This document shows positions 1 through 12,965 of a stretch of DNA of 64,000 nucleotides, piece after piece (position 1 is the first letter of the stretch; every line of letters starts with the position of its first letter). Source of the DNA: Takakia lepidozioides (Eukaryota; Plantae; Bryophyta). Location of the stretch: positions 50,592,001 through 50,656,000 of the forward strand of contig CM060731.1 of the NCBI GenBank assembly GCA_030704615.1, in the 5' to 3' direction. The notes under the pieces were generated by a model. That model saw nothing but the letters and a program-made list of their open reading frames with translations. It made no database searches and had not been told where the DNA came from. A program made the translations under genes and the position numbers.

Positions 1-544
1 CCACTACCATCTCATGTTGCATTATAATTATGATCTGGAATTCAGTGAACCCAATAGAAGATACATACACTTGCTGTGTCTGTTGGCATTAACAGCCGCA
101 ACTTGAGTTGAGCTCAGATGGTAGTTGCGGCCAACGTAGATGGGATCAGAATTAGATCTGTTAGGTGAGATTAGATGAAGGCATAAGGTATGCGCGTTGC
201 CTTTTTCTGTCCCCTCTTTTTTATGAATGAAGTCACCCTTTTCATCCTAGTACTGTGCTCTTTTGCAATGGAGGTAGTTCAAGGTTAATTATTATTTTGG
301 ATTAAGTACACTATAGGGCGTTTTTGGAATACAAGGGGCTTAATTAATGGTGGATTAGTGAAGCTAATTAAACAGCCGACTAATGATTCCCATTTCAAAT
401 TCCTCATTTGTTTTTGAAAGTAGAGGCGGGTGTTTTGGGACAACGGCGAGTTAATACAGCAGTCAGGCATGAATGCAAATAGGATGCATGGTTCACTCTA
501 TATACTGCTACAGTGCACACATTTTATCACACTTCAGTTTACTG

Positions 545-1193
545 CAATAGCAATTCGTGGAGCGATAGACATGGATTTCCGTCCTAGCCAGGCATTCAGA
601 TTACTACCAGACACAGAGGAGGAACACAATGCTACCCAAGACACATTCACGGGTCCACTAGTATAGCTAGGTTTCTCACCCTTCCGGAGGCTCTGCACCC
701 ACTAGAAGACGAATGACTCAAGATGGGCAAGTGTTAATCAATTATTCCAAATCCATAATTATGACCAGCGATGACTACGTCAATTCCCTTGAGCAGAAAG
801 CACGACTCGGTGGAAGCAATTGCAGCCAAAGAGAAGAAACAAGAGGACCAACGCATTGCACGGGAGAAGAAGGTAGCAGAAAAATTAGCCAAGCAAGAGG
901 CGACTCGGATCAGAAAGGAAGAAGCGGCAACGAAGAAAGCATATGACGCACAATGGACAAACAAGGCATTGGGGGAGTATGGCGATCGCTTGCATGCACT
1001 GATGAAGTCGGGAGGGCCCATCAGGCACCATGCCCCGTTCTGTGGATCGATTCCGAACATATGCAGGTATAACCAAGCCATGGCAATCCGGCGACGTCGA
1101 GCAAAGAAAAATGGTGAACACACCAGCCAATTCGTCACCGTGGCTCTTAGCTGGGCACACGGGCATCAGTTATATATGGGGTCCCACATTTGA
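545..1193 (+). pseudogene. Frameshifted C-terminal remnant of a probable pogo/Tc1-mariner-like DDE transposase
   Basis: INYSKSIIMTSDDYVNSLEQK (ORF 713..946) shifts frame into a K/E/R-rich coiled coil (ORF 771..1193). This resembles the 'LTS-x-E-Y...LEEK' tail of pogo/Fot1-type transposases. No catalytic core is visible. Confidence 0.4.
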
Positions 1194-2794
1194 CACCACA
1201 TAGGGGTGTGATCAACGGAAGGCAGTGAGAGCATGCATAACTTAAGGCACCCTGAAGTCCACGAATAAGGAGGAGCAGGTCTGTGGCGGAAGTTGCCTTG
1301 GAATGGCGTGAGAATGGGAAATGAGGGAGCTCTAGAGTCTTCCAGGTGTGTCTACGGGATGGCTACTTTAAGATTCTGAGATGGCCATGTCTCAGGATTT
1401 GTAGGTCATCTCAGGGCAGATTTAGGGGTTCTACTTGATACCTATATGGTCAGATTTTGCACAAGTTGTGATCCATGCAAGGTAAGTTATGGGTCCTTCC
1501 ATAGGTAGATGCACGGATTTCCTGTTGGGAGGTAGGTACATCTGGGCCCACACATGGCCAGGTTTTGGTAATTTTTTGGGAAAGGTGTAGGTGCACACCT
1601 TGTGCACTCATGGCACCTTTAAGCGCATATCAAGGAACAATGTATGGCATTACAGGAGGGACCTACTGAGCAGAAGTGGGATAATATGTACTTTGATTTT
1701 GATAATTTGTATATAATACATTAATGATTGAAAATTTATGTGCTTTACACAACAGATTGTTGCTTCATTTGCTATTCAACTCATGTAATTTTTGTGGACA
1801 CTGCACTCTTTGAGCATTGCACACTGCTTAAAAGCACACTTCTAGATACCACTACCTTAGATAACTTTAAGAGTTGTGATTAGATGAAGGCATAAATAAC
1901 TTTAGGAGTTGCACCGTTTAAACACTATAGTTGAATCTCCGCAGTTCTTTCCACTGATTTAGGTACTGCTCGCATATATCTGTGACCCAATTTCATGTTA
2001 AATGAAGTGCTCAACTATTCCTGCAGTCCTTGTTCTTTCATAGTACTTCACAGTGTGACAGAGAGTTCAGTCGATGTAGATCTTGTTCTTCTCAAGCTCA
2101 TATTCTAGTTTAGTCTTGTATTGCAAGAGAGTAGATATGGCAGATGTTGATGATTCACAGTATCGTAGGTCCTTCAGCTGTTAACTAGTACAAATATATT
2201 TCTCTTGCAAATTGCTCCAAATTATGTGGCAAAGAGCTAAAAATCAATCCTTGAGGAAACCTGGAAAGAGGACCAAAGGGAGAAGTAGCTAGAGCGAGTG
2301 GAGGTGACAGTTTTTCAGCTCCCCAGCAATGTCCACATCATCATGTACAACACCACTAGGTTCAGTGAATCAGTAAACTCATCCCAGGCTTATCTACAAG
2401 TCATTCGTAATATCCAAGAGTGAAGCAACTCCGCATACCAAGGATACTTCAAGGAGAATCCTCAATGTATAGAATTGCACCAAGATGATTCCACAATTTC
2501 TGGACCAGAAGGAAAAGAGGGTTTGGAGTTGCTAGATGGAATTGCTAGAGGGGTTGTTAGCTGGGTTCACAGACAGCTTGCCGGTGGCTCACTCTGCTCA
2601 GCCTTCAGGCATGCTGGAACATGGTGTTGAGTTTGCACGTTGCCTGTAGTGGCGGTAGAACTAGAAGAAGCCATTGCTACGGACGATGTGAAACGAATCC
2701 TGCTCTATACTAAGCCTATCAGCTAGTAGACACAATGCACTCTTGAGATGAACAAAAGGAATATGAGAGATTAAAAAGTTACAAACAGCCCAGT

Positions 2795-2970
2795 CGAGGG
2801 CCATTCCACCTCGGCTTGGAAATCTCACAGCACTCCAGATCGTGAACCTTGGCGGAAATTTGTTGACCGGGGGAATTCCCGACGAGCTGGTGGGGTGGAG
2901 CAGCCTTGTTCAGCTTGAGCTCTCCAGTAATCTGCTAACTGGGGCAATTCCATCCTGGCTGGGTAACCTG
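2795..2970 (+). pseudogene. Plant extracellular LRR fragment (about 2.5 repeats) from an LRR receptor kinase or receptor-like protein
   Basis: GNLTALQIVNLGGNLLTGGIPDELVGWSSLVQLELSSNLLTGAIPSWLGNL matches the LxxLxLxxNxLTGxIP plant LRR consensus. No signal peptide or continuation. Confidence 0.8.
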
Positions 2971-3800
2971 CTTTTTGTCGGAAGTTTGAAGCAGGGCTTG
3001 ATCAATGGCTATACTTTCTGTATTGTGTGAGTGCAGGCCTCGAACCCATGTTGATAAAGTCTCCCATTCACCAAATTCATCACTACTTGGCCGCTTCCCA
3101 GTCAATAGCTCCAGAAGTAAGACTCCATAACTGTACACATCACCCTTAAGTGACAAATTTCCGCTGGAGGCATACTCTGCAGGAGGGTATGTGTTACTGT
3201 GGGTTAGAAATTCATGTGGATTGATGCACCTTACATCCTGGACAGGTGGCAGTTTTCAAATCTTACACTATTTTTTTTTTACGAGGCTTAAAACCTGCAC
3301 AAACCCTATGTTGCTTCGTTTCCATATAAACAAACTTAACAAGAAAGGAAATGAACAGTGTCTAGTTCTAAATCACATGGTCCAAGTTGACTGACATAAC
3401 AGAAACTAAAGCTTGTGGAAACTCATTGTCAACACAGCAATGCACCCCGCTGGGTACTTTTTCCAAGCTCTCAGATGCTCCCTTCCAATGACAGTGATTG
3501 AGCACTTCAGGCATGAGGGAAGCATCTGAAAGTATTTTGCATCAAATTACACTAGAACTAACCTGATGGGGTGTATCCAGCTGAGTTTGCAGCTGCAGCT
3601 GCACGTTTGTGGACTGGATTCACAAGTCGTTCTATCCCTAAGTTGGTTATTTTTGCATTCATGTCCAAGTCCAGAAGTATATTGGATGGTTTCAAGTCAC
3701 CATGCACCATAGGATTCCCACAGTTGTGATGGAGATGAACCAGACCCTCTGAGATTCCCATAGCAATCCGAAATCGATCATCCCACCTACACACAGCCAA
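2966..3800 (-). pseudogene. Receptor-like kinase fragment, two exons (about 3800-3561 and 3178-2966)
   Basis: WDDRFRIAMGISEGLVHLHH..MVHGDLKPSNILLD..AKITNLG..GYTP, then an intron, then EYASSGNLSLKGDVYSYGVLLLELLTGKRP. These are kinase subdomains VI-IX with DFG degraded to NLG; the N-lobe is missing. Confidence 0.8.
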
Positions 3801-4064
3801 GGGCATACTATATAAGCGGCTTTGTATGGACTCTCAATTACAATCTGTAATGGAGGAGACCACAATGGCAACCCAAACGCACATTGTACGGTACAGAGTT
3901 ACCAAAGCATGTACTAAAGCCAGGAAATATTCAAATCCCATATGGAGAGAACCTTAATAGACAGACAGAAGATGCCTTTTAATGAATGCCACATCCGCAC
4001 TGTTTGCAACTTCTAAGACAACTGTCACATGCGGTAAGCAGGAATCCAATCAGAATCCAACTTT

Positions 4065-4412
4065 TAATGCTCCCAGATTTAGCATACATGTCAGTAAGGG
4101 CAGTCTCTAGAATGATATCTGGCACAATTCCAGCTATCCTGATGTCAGCATGGACCTTCATGTCCTTTCCAAGGTCACCTAGGCTGCCACATGCATCGAG
4201 GACAGAAATACATGTGACCTTGTTGGGCATGACCCCTTCTTGTATCATTTGCTCATACATCTCAAAAGCCTCCGTATCACACCCCTGCTCAGCATATCCT
4301 CCGATCATTGCATTCCATGCCACTGCATTTCTATGCGCCATATTATCAAACACTTTGTGTGCATCCTTCATGCTCCCACATTTGGCATACATGTCAGTAA
4401 GTGCAGTCTCCA
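4065..4412 (-). pseudogene. PLS-class PPR fragment (S-P-L-S motifs)
   Basis: ETALTDMYAKCGSMKDAHKVFDNM / VAWNAMIGGYA / VTCISVLDAC, very similar to the repeats of the PPR genes at 24 kb and 32 kb. Truncated at both ends. Confidence 0.85.
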
Positions 4413-4540
4413 GAATGAGGTCCTTTGGGTTGATGGTTGGTTGAATCCTCCTTCGGTGAAAGAAAAGCTAGCTGCTTAAATGACACAAGGTCAAGGACAA
4501 TGTGGTGAGGGCACCTTCTTCTTCAACAGATTTCAGCATT
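4410..4540 (+). pseudogene. OSB-type PDF-motif fragment, paralogous to the inverted-repeat arms at 25.5-27.1 kb
   Basis: Translates as NEVLWVDGWLNPPSVKEKLAA. The DNA (gaggtcctttgggttgatgg...gacacaaggtcaaggacaatgtggtgagggcaccttcttcttcaac) matches 26748-26848. Confidence 0.7.
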
Positions 4541-6189
4541 TTTCCCGAGTCTTGTTAGAATCGTCTTTAAACTTTCATCATGTTGACTCCTGCAAGTGAT
4601 CTCATAAGGATCTATGATGGTTTGAAGTGATTTTGACATGTTACTGCCAATGTGGCAATAGGCATTTGGAAAAAAATAAGCTGGGGAGAAGTTTTGAAAG
4701 CATTTGTTTTGGAGCGTAGTCAATGGTGGACAATCGAGGAAAAAATGGTGATTTTTGATAATTGATAGCGAGAAAAAGATAACAAGATACATTACAAAAC
4801 TTTCTTGGAAATTATAATGTACTTAAAAGAAGTGCAGATGCCGGGTTCTTTCCAGATGCTAACTGCATGTGGCCATTGTGTTAGTGTGGTTTAAGCCAAA
4901 TCCTCTTACAGTGGCAAGGCTGTGAGGAAAACTGCTGGAGCTGACTTACCTGGGATTCATGCATGTTCTCACAATAACCTCTAGGAAAGTAATGTGTGAT
5001 AGTGTATGCACATTAATGAAATCCTGACCCAGTCGTCCAGCTGATGGATAAGTTGTCCCTGTGGGATCGGGGTTCACGTTTGTGAAGTGCTTTGAGAGTT
5101 CAGGACCCAAATTTGAGTAGTCTTGATCATGAGGCGTTGCAGAATGAGCATGTGCAGTGTTTTGGGCTACAGCGCTGCAAGACTGGGCTCTCTGCTGACA
5201 AGGTGACAGCAAGTTTATTTGAGCCTGGTGTGAAGTGTGAAGTCTCCAAATTTGCGCAGTCCACAGTAGAGTCGAGTAGATAATCCAGATAGCGAATCTG
5301 AATCGTTCTCTGTGGATCCTGATCACTATCCAAAGCTACGTGCTCTGTCACATCTCTCACGTCTCCCTTACATATGTTGGGGACCCACGGTGTGGGGCTA
5401 GGTCAATGGGTTTGAGACTTTTGAAGAGTGCCCCTGTCAACTATAAGACTAGAATTGTGAGGAGACACTCCAGCCATGTGTTGGGCAGACAGCTCTGCAA
5501 TGCAGTGTGCGACATGCCACACTGGATTTGGCTCCTGTTACACAACTCGAGACCAGCTGCTTGATCCGAATCAGCACATAACCAGTGATGACCATCGCCG
5601 AATTCATTTCGTCGGAGGTCTAATTACACCTATGTGGTGCACATGGCTGCACAGATCTGAGTCAGCTGCTGAAGCAATCCACAGCCTGCTCATAATTCTT
5701 TGAAGTGAGATAAAGCGGGCACATGAGCATTTCTTCTGCAGCCAGCCACCTTCGATGGGGATTAGAAGACAGAGTCTGCATCCACCTAGCTAGTAGCAAC
5801 TCAGTCATCAACAGTAAAGAACTGCCCAGAATTTTCCTATGTGATTCAAGGCCTCCCTGACCGGAAATACTCCCGCTCAAATTGGAGGATCATCTGCAGA
5901 TTGGACGACTGCCGCAGATTTTCGCATGCGGTGTCGACATTTCTTTTATATCATTTCTTTATATCACTTCTTTTCAGGAGCTTTTTCTTTTTCTTTTGAG
6001 AGGCTTTCTTCTTTTCCTTCAAGCAAGTTGAAGCAACCGTCCATTGGTGTTATGCTCCCTTTTGCGCTTTCTCCTTGTTTGGAAAGGCTATGACAGGCCT
6101 ATGACAAATAACGTGAAAATTACTTTATTCACCAATCAGGTAACAAAATTGTGGATGCCACAGTTAAGGATTCTTGAATTGCATTACCA

Positions 6190-7540
6190 CATGATTACCA
6201 CAAATATGAAAATTGAATGTAAAAATCAACATGTAGCTTGTGTGGTATCTCAACAAAGTTTTCTTCTAGTGAGACACAACTAACATTCAAAACTGAATTG
6301 GATACAGTAAATGAATCCTCATACGGTACTTCAATCCTTCTTCTAGAATCCTTCTTCTGCAGACACACAAAACAAAGACGTTGTTCACAGTAGTTGCAAA
6401 TCGTTGGCCAACACCACGTACAAATTGCATCGGAACTTGTCATCCAAAGATCTGTTGCAAACGGCCTTGGTGTCTCTTCGTTTATGTAGAAATTGTAGAT
6501 TCACCTTTTGCACTACTCCAAAATTCATCATCTTCTTGTATTGCACTCAAGTCAAGGCTGTAATTTTTGCTCGAATAAAAAACTGCAAAGTGCAAATGTA
6601 TGCGAAGTAATAGTTACAGCATTCAGGACTCTTAGGTTGACAGATTTGTTGACTGAGCATTATCTTCTCTTGCTCTCGAGTTAGAATATCGTTCTTCTTA
6701 ACAATTCTTCCCAAACCTGCTCTCAAATATCGTTGAATAGTCTCGGTACAAGCGATCTTCACCTCTGCGTACCGCTTGTCACCAAGTATGTTAAAATCTC
6801 CTCCAAGTTTAATACCAGTTTCGACAATATGTTCTTCTTCTCTGGCTCTTATTAATCATCCAATTCCTTTTACCATCGCTTGAATACAAGAAGCATGAAA
6901 TGAGAGTTCATGAGAAAGAGTTGTCTGGATCGACAGAAAATTTGAATGCAAGCTTCCTCAAACGCAATAGTATAGTAGATATAAATGAAGCTCTTGTAAT
7001 TTGTAGCATGACTCTTCACTGGAACATACTAGTGTGTCGGGAAAGAATTGAGCGAAATTGAGACAAAGAACTCAACTTGCCATGAGCATAAAGAGATCCA
7101 TCCTTCTTCGTGAGCTGTAGTATGGATACCGTCATCATTTCAATTAGGCCTTTGATATCACATTCGTGAAGATCAGCGATGCCTTCGTCAAGAGGATATC
7201 CACGAAAGCGCCTCCAAGCGTCAAACATGTTTGCAGCCCAATTTTTGGAAAACTTACTCAAGCATCGACCACCGCCAAGGATATTTTGCATCTCTTGCTC
7301 GCCAACATCACGTAACCTCGTCCCTGCACCAGGCGCTTCCGATATTCCATCAACAGTAACATCCGTGCTTTGTCGTGATGCAGTGCCATGGCGCTCGTTA
7401 CCTTCAGATGCCGGTGGTGAACCAGACGGCAAAACATCGGAAGCTGCAGACTCTGTGAGAAATTCCTCCCAAAATAGATCTTCCAAATTGTCTCTGTCAT
7501 CCAAATCAATCCCGAGATTGTAAAGAGAGTTTGATGCATC
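6190..7540 (-). mobile_element. Decayed Crypton-like tyrosine recombinase (DUF3504/ZMYM-type) gene with an intron
   Basis: WAANMFDAWRRFR...LQLTKKDGSLY, then an intron, then FNILGDKRY...GLGRIVKKNDILTREQEKIML...YFAYICTLQFFIRA. This follows the DUF3504/CryptonA pattern. Stops and frameshifts are present and the catalytic C-terminus is largely lost. Confidence 0.55.
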
Positions 7541-8149
7541 ATGAATTAGAGCAGTGGCGGTAAGTCCAATGCCGCTACTACCCTCGGAATGGAGTGAAAC
7601 ATGATCACCAACATTTCTGCTTAGCCTTGGCTCTTGTGTTAACTCAACTTGAGGTTCTAGTGCCCCTCTTAGGCGGTTCCTCTCTACTACAAACTTTGTA
7701 GTAGGTTTCGAGTGGACCCTTCAATTTCGAAGTAAGAACCGAGGGTGGATCTACTGGATCCTCGGAAACGGGATCAGCACGCTCATGACGCAATTGAAAA
7801 TAGCCCCTCTAAAAGCAGAAAATTCAAAAGCAATTTAATCTAAGCCTCACAATTGAGCTCACAACTACAATGCAACACTCTGACACAATCTCTGACAATG
7901 TGTGCACTCCAGAAAACACAAACTTCACAGCAACTGTGGCTCTAAAAAAAAGGATGTCTTCTGTCTCTATTTCAAATTGGGAAAGAAGGCGCGAACATGC
8001 ACGAAGAAATATATGTTTGAAGTAAAATTTTGGAAAGAAAGCGTAAAGAGAGATGGAACCACACCCTCCAACATGCCAACAAACTGTCCTTTTTTTCATA
8101 TATAAGAGAATCAGGGTAATAGGGACCGTTTAAATGTAGTTGGGCCTAA

Positions 8150-8720
8150 ATGGAGTCATGAAAACTTCAGAGAGGAGAACTGGAAAGCAATCTGGTCCAT
8201 GGTCTGGCAGAAGGCTAAACTGGCTAAGATTAGTGCAATTTATGGCAGGTAGCCAACAGGGTTCTTAAGGTGGGCCAGTATTTGAACTTTGATGGGGCTC
8301 TACTATACCAATGCTGCCTTTTCCAAACCATAGAATCCCTAGAGTATTGTCTTCTCCTGCAAGGCCCCCTGTGTTTTTTGGCCCATGGTTCAAGGTTTCT
8401 ACAGAGGATGTAATATCATGCTTTTCAGCTTGGTGGTAATCCTCCTCAACTACAGTTAGAGGGAGAAAACCAAGGCCTCGCAGCTAAAAAGGAGCGGGTT
8501 CTCTCTGTGTGCAGCTGTTGCAAGGAAACCAGAATGCCAGCCTGCCCTTCTCCATGCCTTCCGAGCATCCTGGGGCAAGCATGGGATCATTTGTTGCTGC
8601 TCTAATGATCGCACTTGTTTATGGGTGGATAGAATCCCCTCTTGCTGGTAGGGACACATAGGTCACATCTTCGGCTTCCCCAGAATTTGAAGGATCAGAT
8701 ATTAATTGGAAGCACGTCAA
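8150..8720 (+). mobile_element. LINE ORF2 3' fragment (zf-RVT region), same family as the LINE at 61-64 kb
   Basis: ENWKAIWSMVWQKAKLAKISA..WQVANRVLKVGQYLNFDGALL..CC..IESLEYCLL aligns with ENWKAIWKSIWIKTRPAKISAFLWQIANRVLKVGEWLQFHDALL..CC..IETLEHCLL in ORF 61162..62160. Confidence 0.8.
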
Positions 8721-9449
8721 GTTCAGCACAGCGCCTTCACTTCCATCGCTGATCTCTATATCTCTATGTCTTTAATATCCACTGCATGCATCATCCCCTT
8801 CTCTCTTCTTCTATGCCCCTACCTTTCTTGCTCCAACCCCCCGGTTCAAGCTACCCTTCGCCCTTCTTCACTAGGGTTCACCGTTGCTCCGTTTTGTCTG
8901 CCCTAAGTTCCTAGCTCTTTCTACGACCCCTCGTTTGTTGGCTCCTCCCTACCACGCAACGATTGTTTTCCCCTGATGTACCTTCCCCACTTAATACCTG
9001 CCTATCAAGATAATATTTGGAATATTACTCAAGGCCAAAACTTGAGTGGCTCAAGTAGAGCATTGAGCTTTTTTTCAAAGAAAATTTTAAAATATTTTTA
9101 TAACTTAAATATTTAGATTTGTCTTATGTTCAATTTTAAATTTCAACTAATATTTTAGTTTTTTTATTTTAGGTTTTTAATGACATGATGTATAGTTTAT
9201 TACTGAAGGCCAAAACTTTAGCTTCTGAGGTCCAAAACATGAAAGTCCAGAACTTAACAGTTGAAATCCGAAACTTGAGCGGCTTAAGTCCGACATTGAG
9301 TTTTTTTTTTAAACAAATTATAAAATAATTTTATAACTTTACAATTTAGATTGAACTTTGATCTTATGTAACCCTAGTGAACAACAAAACCAAAGCAAAA
9401 ACATGACATATCCATAATTCAAGAAGAATGGCAATTTGCACATAAACTC

Positions 9450-12400
9450 ACCGCGTACAAGTAGTCGAGAAACACCTCCCTTATCAGGTTGTACCAAGTC
9501 TCTGTCTTCTTTATCGTTTGGCACTTCTTCAGCACTGTGTCCGGGGACAAGACACTTGCAAACATTTCCAATGGCATCACTCCTATTCTTTGCATACGAA
9601 ACAAGGAATGGACTATGTTGGTGGTGACACAGGATGTCTCGCGAACAGGTCAGTTGACAAAGTTTGAAGATTGACAGAACAATGAATTGGGAGACAAGAA
9701 GTGGGCAAGACTCTTACTTGTTGATATCGTGCATTGCAGTTAGAAGCTGCGTGAACCTCCCCTCCGAATCGAGGACCATTGATTGAACCCGATAGTGCCA
9801 CTCTTTGTTCTCCGCATACATCCTGCTGATGTACTCCATCCACGGCACCAACGGTGGTTGCCATCCCAGACAAAGAACATTTTGTTCATGTACTAGACGT
9901 GTACTGGGTTCTGTGAAAACTCAATCTCAAACTCCGTATTCACTTCTTTCAAAAGCGGGTCCCTGTCCATCACATTGAGGTCCACCAATTTCTCAGATCC
10001 CTGAATATCAGTCAGTGACACGTAAAACACAGCCGAACCCTTCAAGTACCCATGGATAAAATCCCCCTGTAGCTTCTTGATGTCGTGGTGAAGGGCAGGC
10101 CGAACTGCTGGCATAGAAATCATCCGGCACAGAGGAATGAAAAGATTGTCGTCTTTCACTTCCATGGAGTTGATGACTTTCCTCGAGTTCACCTTGGTGG
10201 TGTACATAAGAGAGTGCACCTTGGCTTCATAGTTGGCGTCCACAACAATGTCCTTGTCTTCAAGAACAATTGTTTCCTCTGCAGGCTGGCTTCCCCTAAC
10301 TTTCTTTCTCATTTTCTGCAAAATGCAATATGTTAAGACAGACAATTCATGGCAAGATTAAGATGTCGTCAACGACAGCTTAATTTGCTGTTTTTCTAGG
10401 GTGATTTCCCCATGTTTGAGGTTCAATGCAGTGGCAGATTAAGGTGTCGTTGACGACATCTTAATCTGCTGTAGTTCTAGAGTGTTTCTCCCATGTTTAT
10501 GTTGATTGCAGAGGCATATTAAGGTGTCGTCAATGACACCTTAATCTGCTGAAGTTCCAGAGTGATTTTCCCATTTTTTGGGTTCAATTCATTAGAGATT
10601 AAGATGTCGTCAACGACACCTTAATCTGCTACAGTTGTAGGGTGTTTTTCCCATATTTTGGACTGAATGCATAAGCAGATTAAGATGTCGTCAACGCCAC
10701 CCTAATCTGCTGTAGTTGTAGGGTGTTTTTCCCATGTTTTTATGTTGAATGCATTGGCAGATTAAGATGTTGTCAACGACAGCTTAATCGGTTGTTTTTC
10801 TAGGGTGAATTCCCCATGTTTGAGGTTGAATGCAGTGGCAGATTAAGCTGTCGTTGACGACAGCTTAATCTGCTGTAGTTCTAGAGTGTTTCTCCCATGT
10901 TTTGGGTTCAATTCATTGGTAGATTAAGGTCGTCAACGACACCTTAATCTGCTACAGTTCTTGGGTGTTTTTCCCATATTTTGGGTTGAATGGAGAGGCA
11001 GATTAAGATGTCGTCGACGCCACCTTAATCTACTGTAGTTATAGGGTGTTTTTCCCTTGCTTTATGTTGAATGCATTGGCAGATTAAAATGTCGTCAACG
11101 ACACCTTAATCTGCTGTTTTTCTAGGTGATTTCCCCATGTTCGAGGTTGAATGCAGTGACAGAATAAGTTGTCGTCAACGACAGCTTAATCTGCTGTAGT
11201 TCTTGGGTGTTTTCTCAATGTTTTTGGTTGAACGCAGTGGCACATTAAGATGTCGTCAACGACACCTTAATCTTTCTTTACCTTAACCTTCCTACGTACA
11301 CCATTCCCCGGAAAGGTGACCTTTTTAGGTGGTGTCAGCGACACCTCAATCTAACTCCTTTGTGTTGCAAGAACCATGGATTCGAATGTATGAACTAACC
11401 TTCTCTGGCTTCGTTCCTCCGCTGGAAGACCCGCCCCTTCCTGCACGCCTTCTGCCTTACACCTGGCTCTTCTCCTTCACGGATTGCGGAGCACTTGTGT
11501 GTTTTTCTACTGCTCCTTAGTGCCTGAAACCTGTTGTGGACACTGCATTATTTGCACCTCCTCCTCCTGAGCAACATGACCCTACTCTGGCATGGTTTGC
11601 TCTTGAACTGCAGGATCCACGGATGAGATCTGACGCTGACTCTCCCAAACCTTCTTCCGCTTTCTCTGCCAAAAAGCATAATGAAGGTAAACATTGGAGG
11701 CCCAGATTAAGGTATCGTCAACGCCATCTTAATCCTGTACATATTGCAGGCTACTGCACTCATACAAAGACAAGATTGGGCTCACTAGAACGAAGGGCTA
11801 TGCCTCACGGAGGTGGCAGATTAAGCTGTCATCAACGACAGCTTAATCACCTTGTTCTCGTCTTATTGTTCGAAACCCTTACGAATGCAATGGCAGACAT
11901 GATGCGATGCCGTTTTAAGCTATCATCAATGTCATCTTCAAACAGGCTCAAATGTATGTTTCTTACTGCTTTTCTTATCGCTACGAGTCAGGGAACAAGG
12001 TCATCTAAAGCCAATGCGCTGCTGTACTCACCTAGATCAAACTTTGTCCACCGCTGGAAGTGTCCTCCTTTCCCAACCCGATGCTGCTTTCCGCTTGAGC
12101 CTTCTCCTTCAACGGGCGCAAAGACAGTTGCATGGAGGAGGTCCGCCCCCTTGTCGGCAGGCCCCTCTGCGGACTTTGATGCGTTGCCTCCTCCTCCGCA
12201 GGAGCACCGCTCTCCCTTTCGACTTCCTCCTCTGTATCGGTTGCAATAGAGGCAGCTCCAACAGATCCTCGAGCTATTTGTCCAGAATGGGCTCCTTACC
12301 TGCCCGACTCTCCATCCCTTCGCCCACAGAACCCTGCCCCTCGCGGTCGCTCTCTCCCTCAAACAAATTCAAAGCCCTCCTAGCTTTCTTCATCCTCTCT

Positions 12401-12490
12401 CTCGCTCTCAACCTCTGCCTAGCAGACATGAAGTACAAAGACTGCCTTCTCGCTCTCTTTTTTGCGGAAACGCTGTCGTTCTTGGGTATG
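9450..12490 (-). pseudogene. Multi-exon gene for a ParB/Srx-like domain protein, divergent from the MULE transposase; decayed and 3'-truncated
   Basis: Basic low-complexity 5' exons (about 12490-11970 and 11650-11400) and an intron 11399-10316 (aag|gttagt ... tgcag|). Next comes ORF 9893..10345, an in-frame TAG, YMNKMFFVWDGNHR, a frameshift into ..WMEYI..WHYRV..LLTAMHDIN, an intron and ..NIVHSLFRMQRIG.. The V-W-D-G-N-H-R string matches the ParB/Srx DGxHR motif. Confidence 0.6.
10351..11272. repeat. Tandem array of 12 x ~81-bp units, each with the palindromic core GCAGATTAAGnTGTCGTCRACGACAnCTTAATCTGC; lies in an intron of the ParB-like gene
   Basis: Units read directly. The inter-core segments are homologous to each other (TGTAGTTCTAGGGTGTTTTTCCCATGTTTTGGGTTGAATGCA). 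Four more degenerate cores lie near 11325, 11703, 11816 and 11913. Confidence 0.95.
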
Positions 12491-12965
12491 CTCCAGTGTG
12501 GCGAGTCTGAAATGATGAACGCCAGAATGTAACCTCCGAAGACATCCCTCCGGCAAATGGCAAAAGTGGATGGCGGTTAGGTTTTCATCCCTCTCTCTCA
12601 ACGAATGACAAATCATCCAAAAACGTAACGGCTCATAATTGGGGTTTTCGTTTTTCGGCGGGGTGCTTGCGAGCTGTCTCGTAGAGAACTCGACACCTAT
12701 TGCCCTTGCAAGACACTTAAATATAGGCATGCCACGTATTCATGTTTGACATAAGGGGTTCGACCCACACCGCAGTCACTGAGGATGTGACATCTGCAAA
12801 GTCGGCCGCAATTCTTGCCTGTCAGAATCTTGTGTCCAACGGTCTGTGATCTGACATTAATGGGATAAAATTCACCAGTATCTGTCAGAGTCAAAGCCAA
12901 CTACTAAACAGCATGCAAAGAAATAATTTGCCTCAACACCTTCAGTCGGTGGATCCACTGAGACA

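Noticed and set aside
10351-11272. CRISPR array (palindromic ~36-bp repeats with ~45-bp intervals)
   Set aside because: The intervals are homologous to one another rather than unique spacers, there are no cas genes, and the array lies in a eukaryotic intron.
11536-12532. Plus-strand ORFs of 237 and 172 aa
   Set aside because: They are antisense to the low-complexity exons of the ParB-like gene and run through palindrome copies. No domain is visible.
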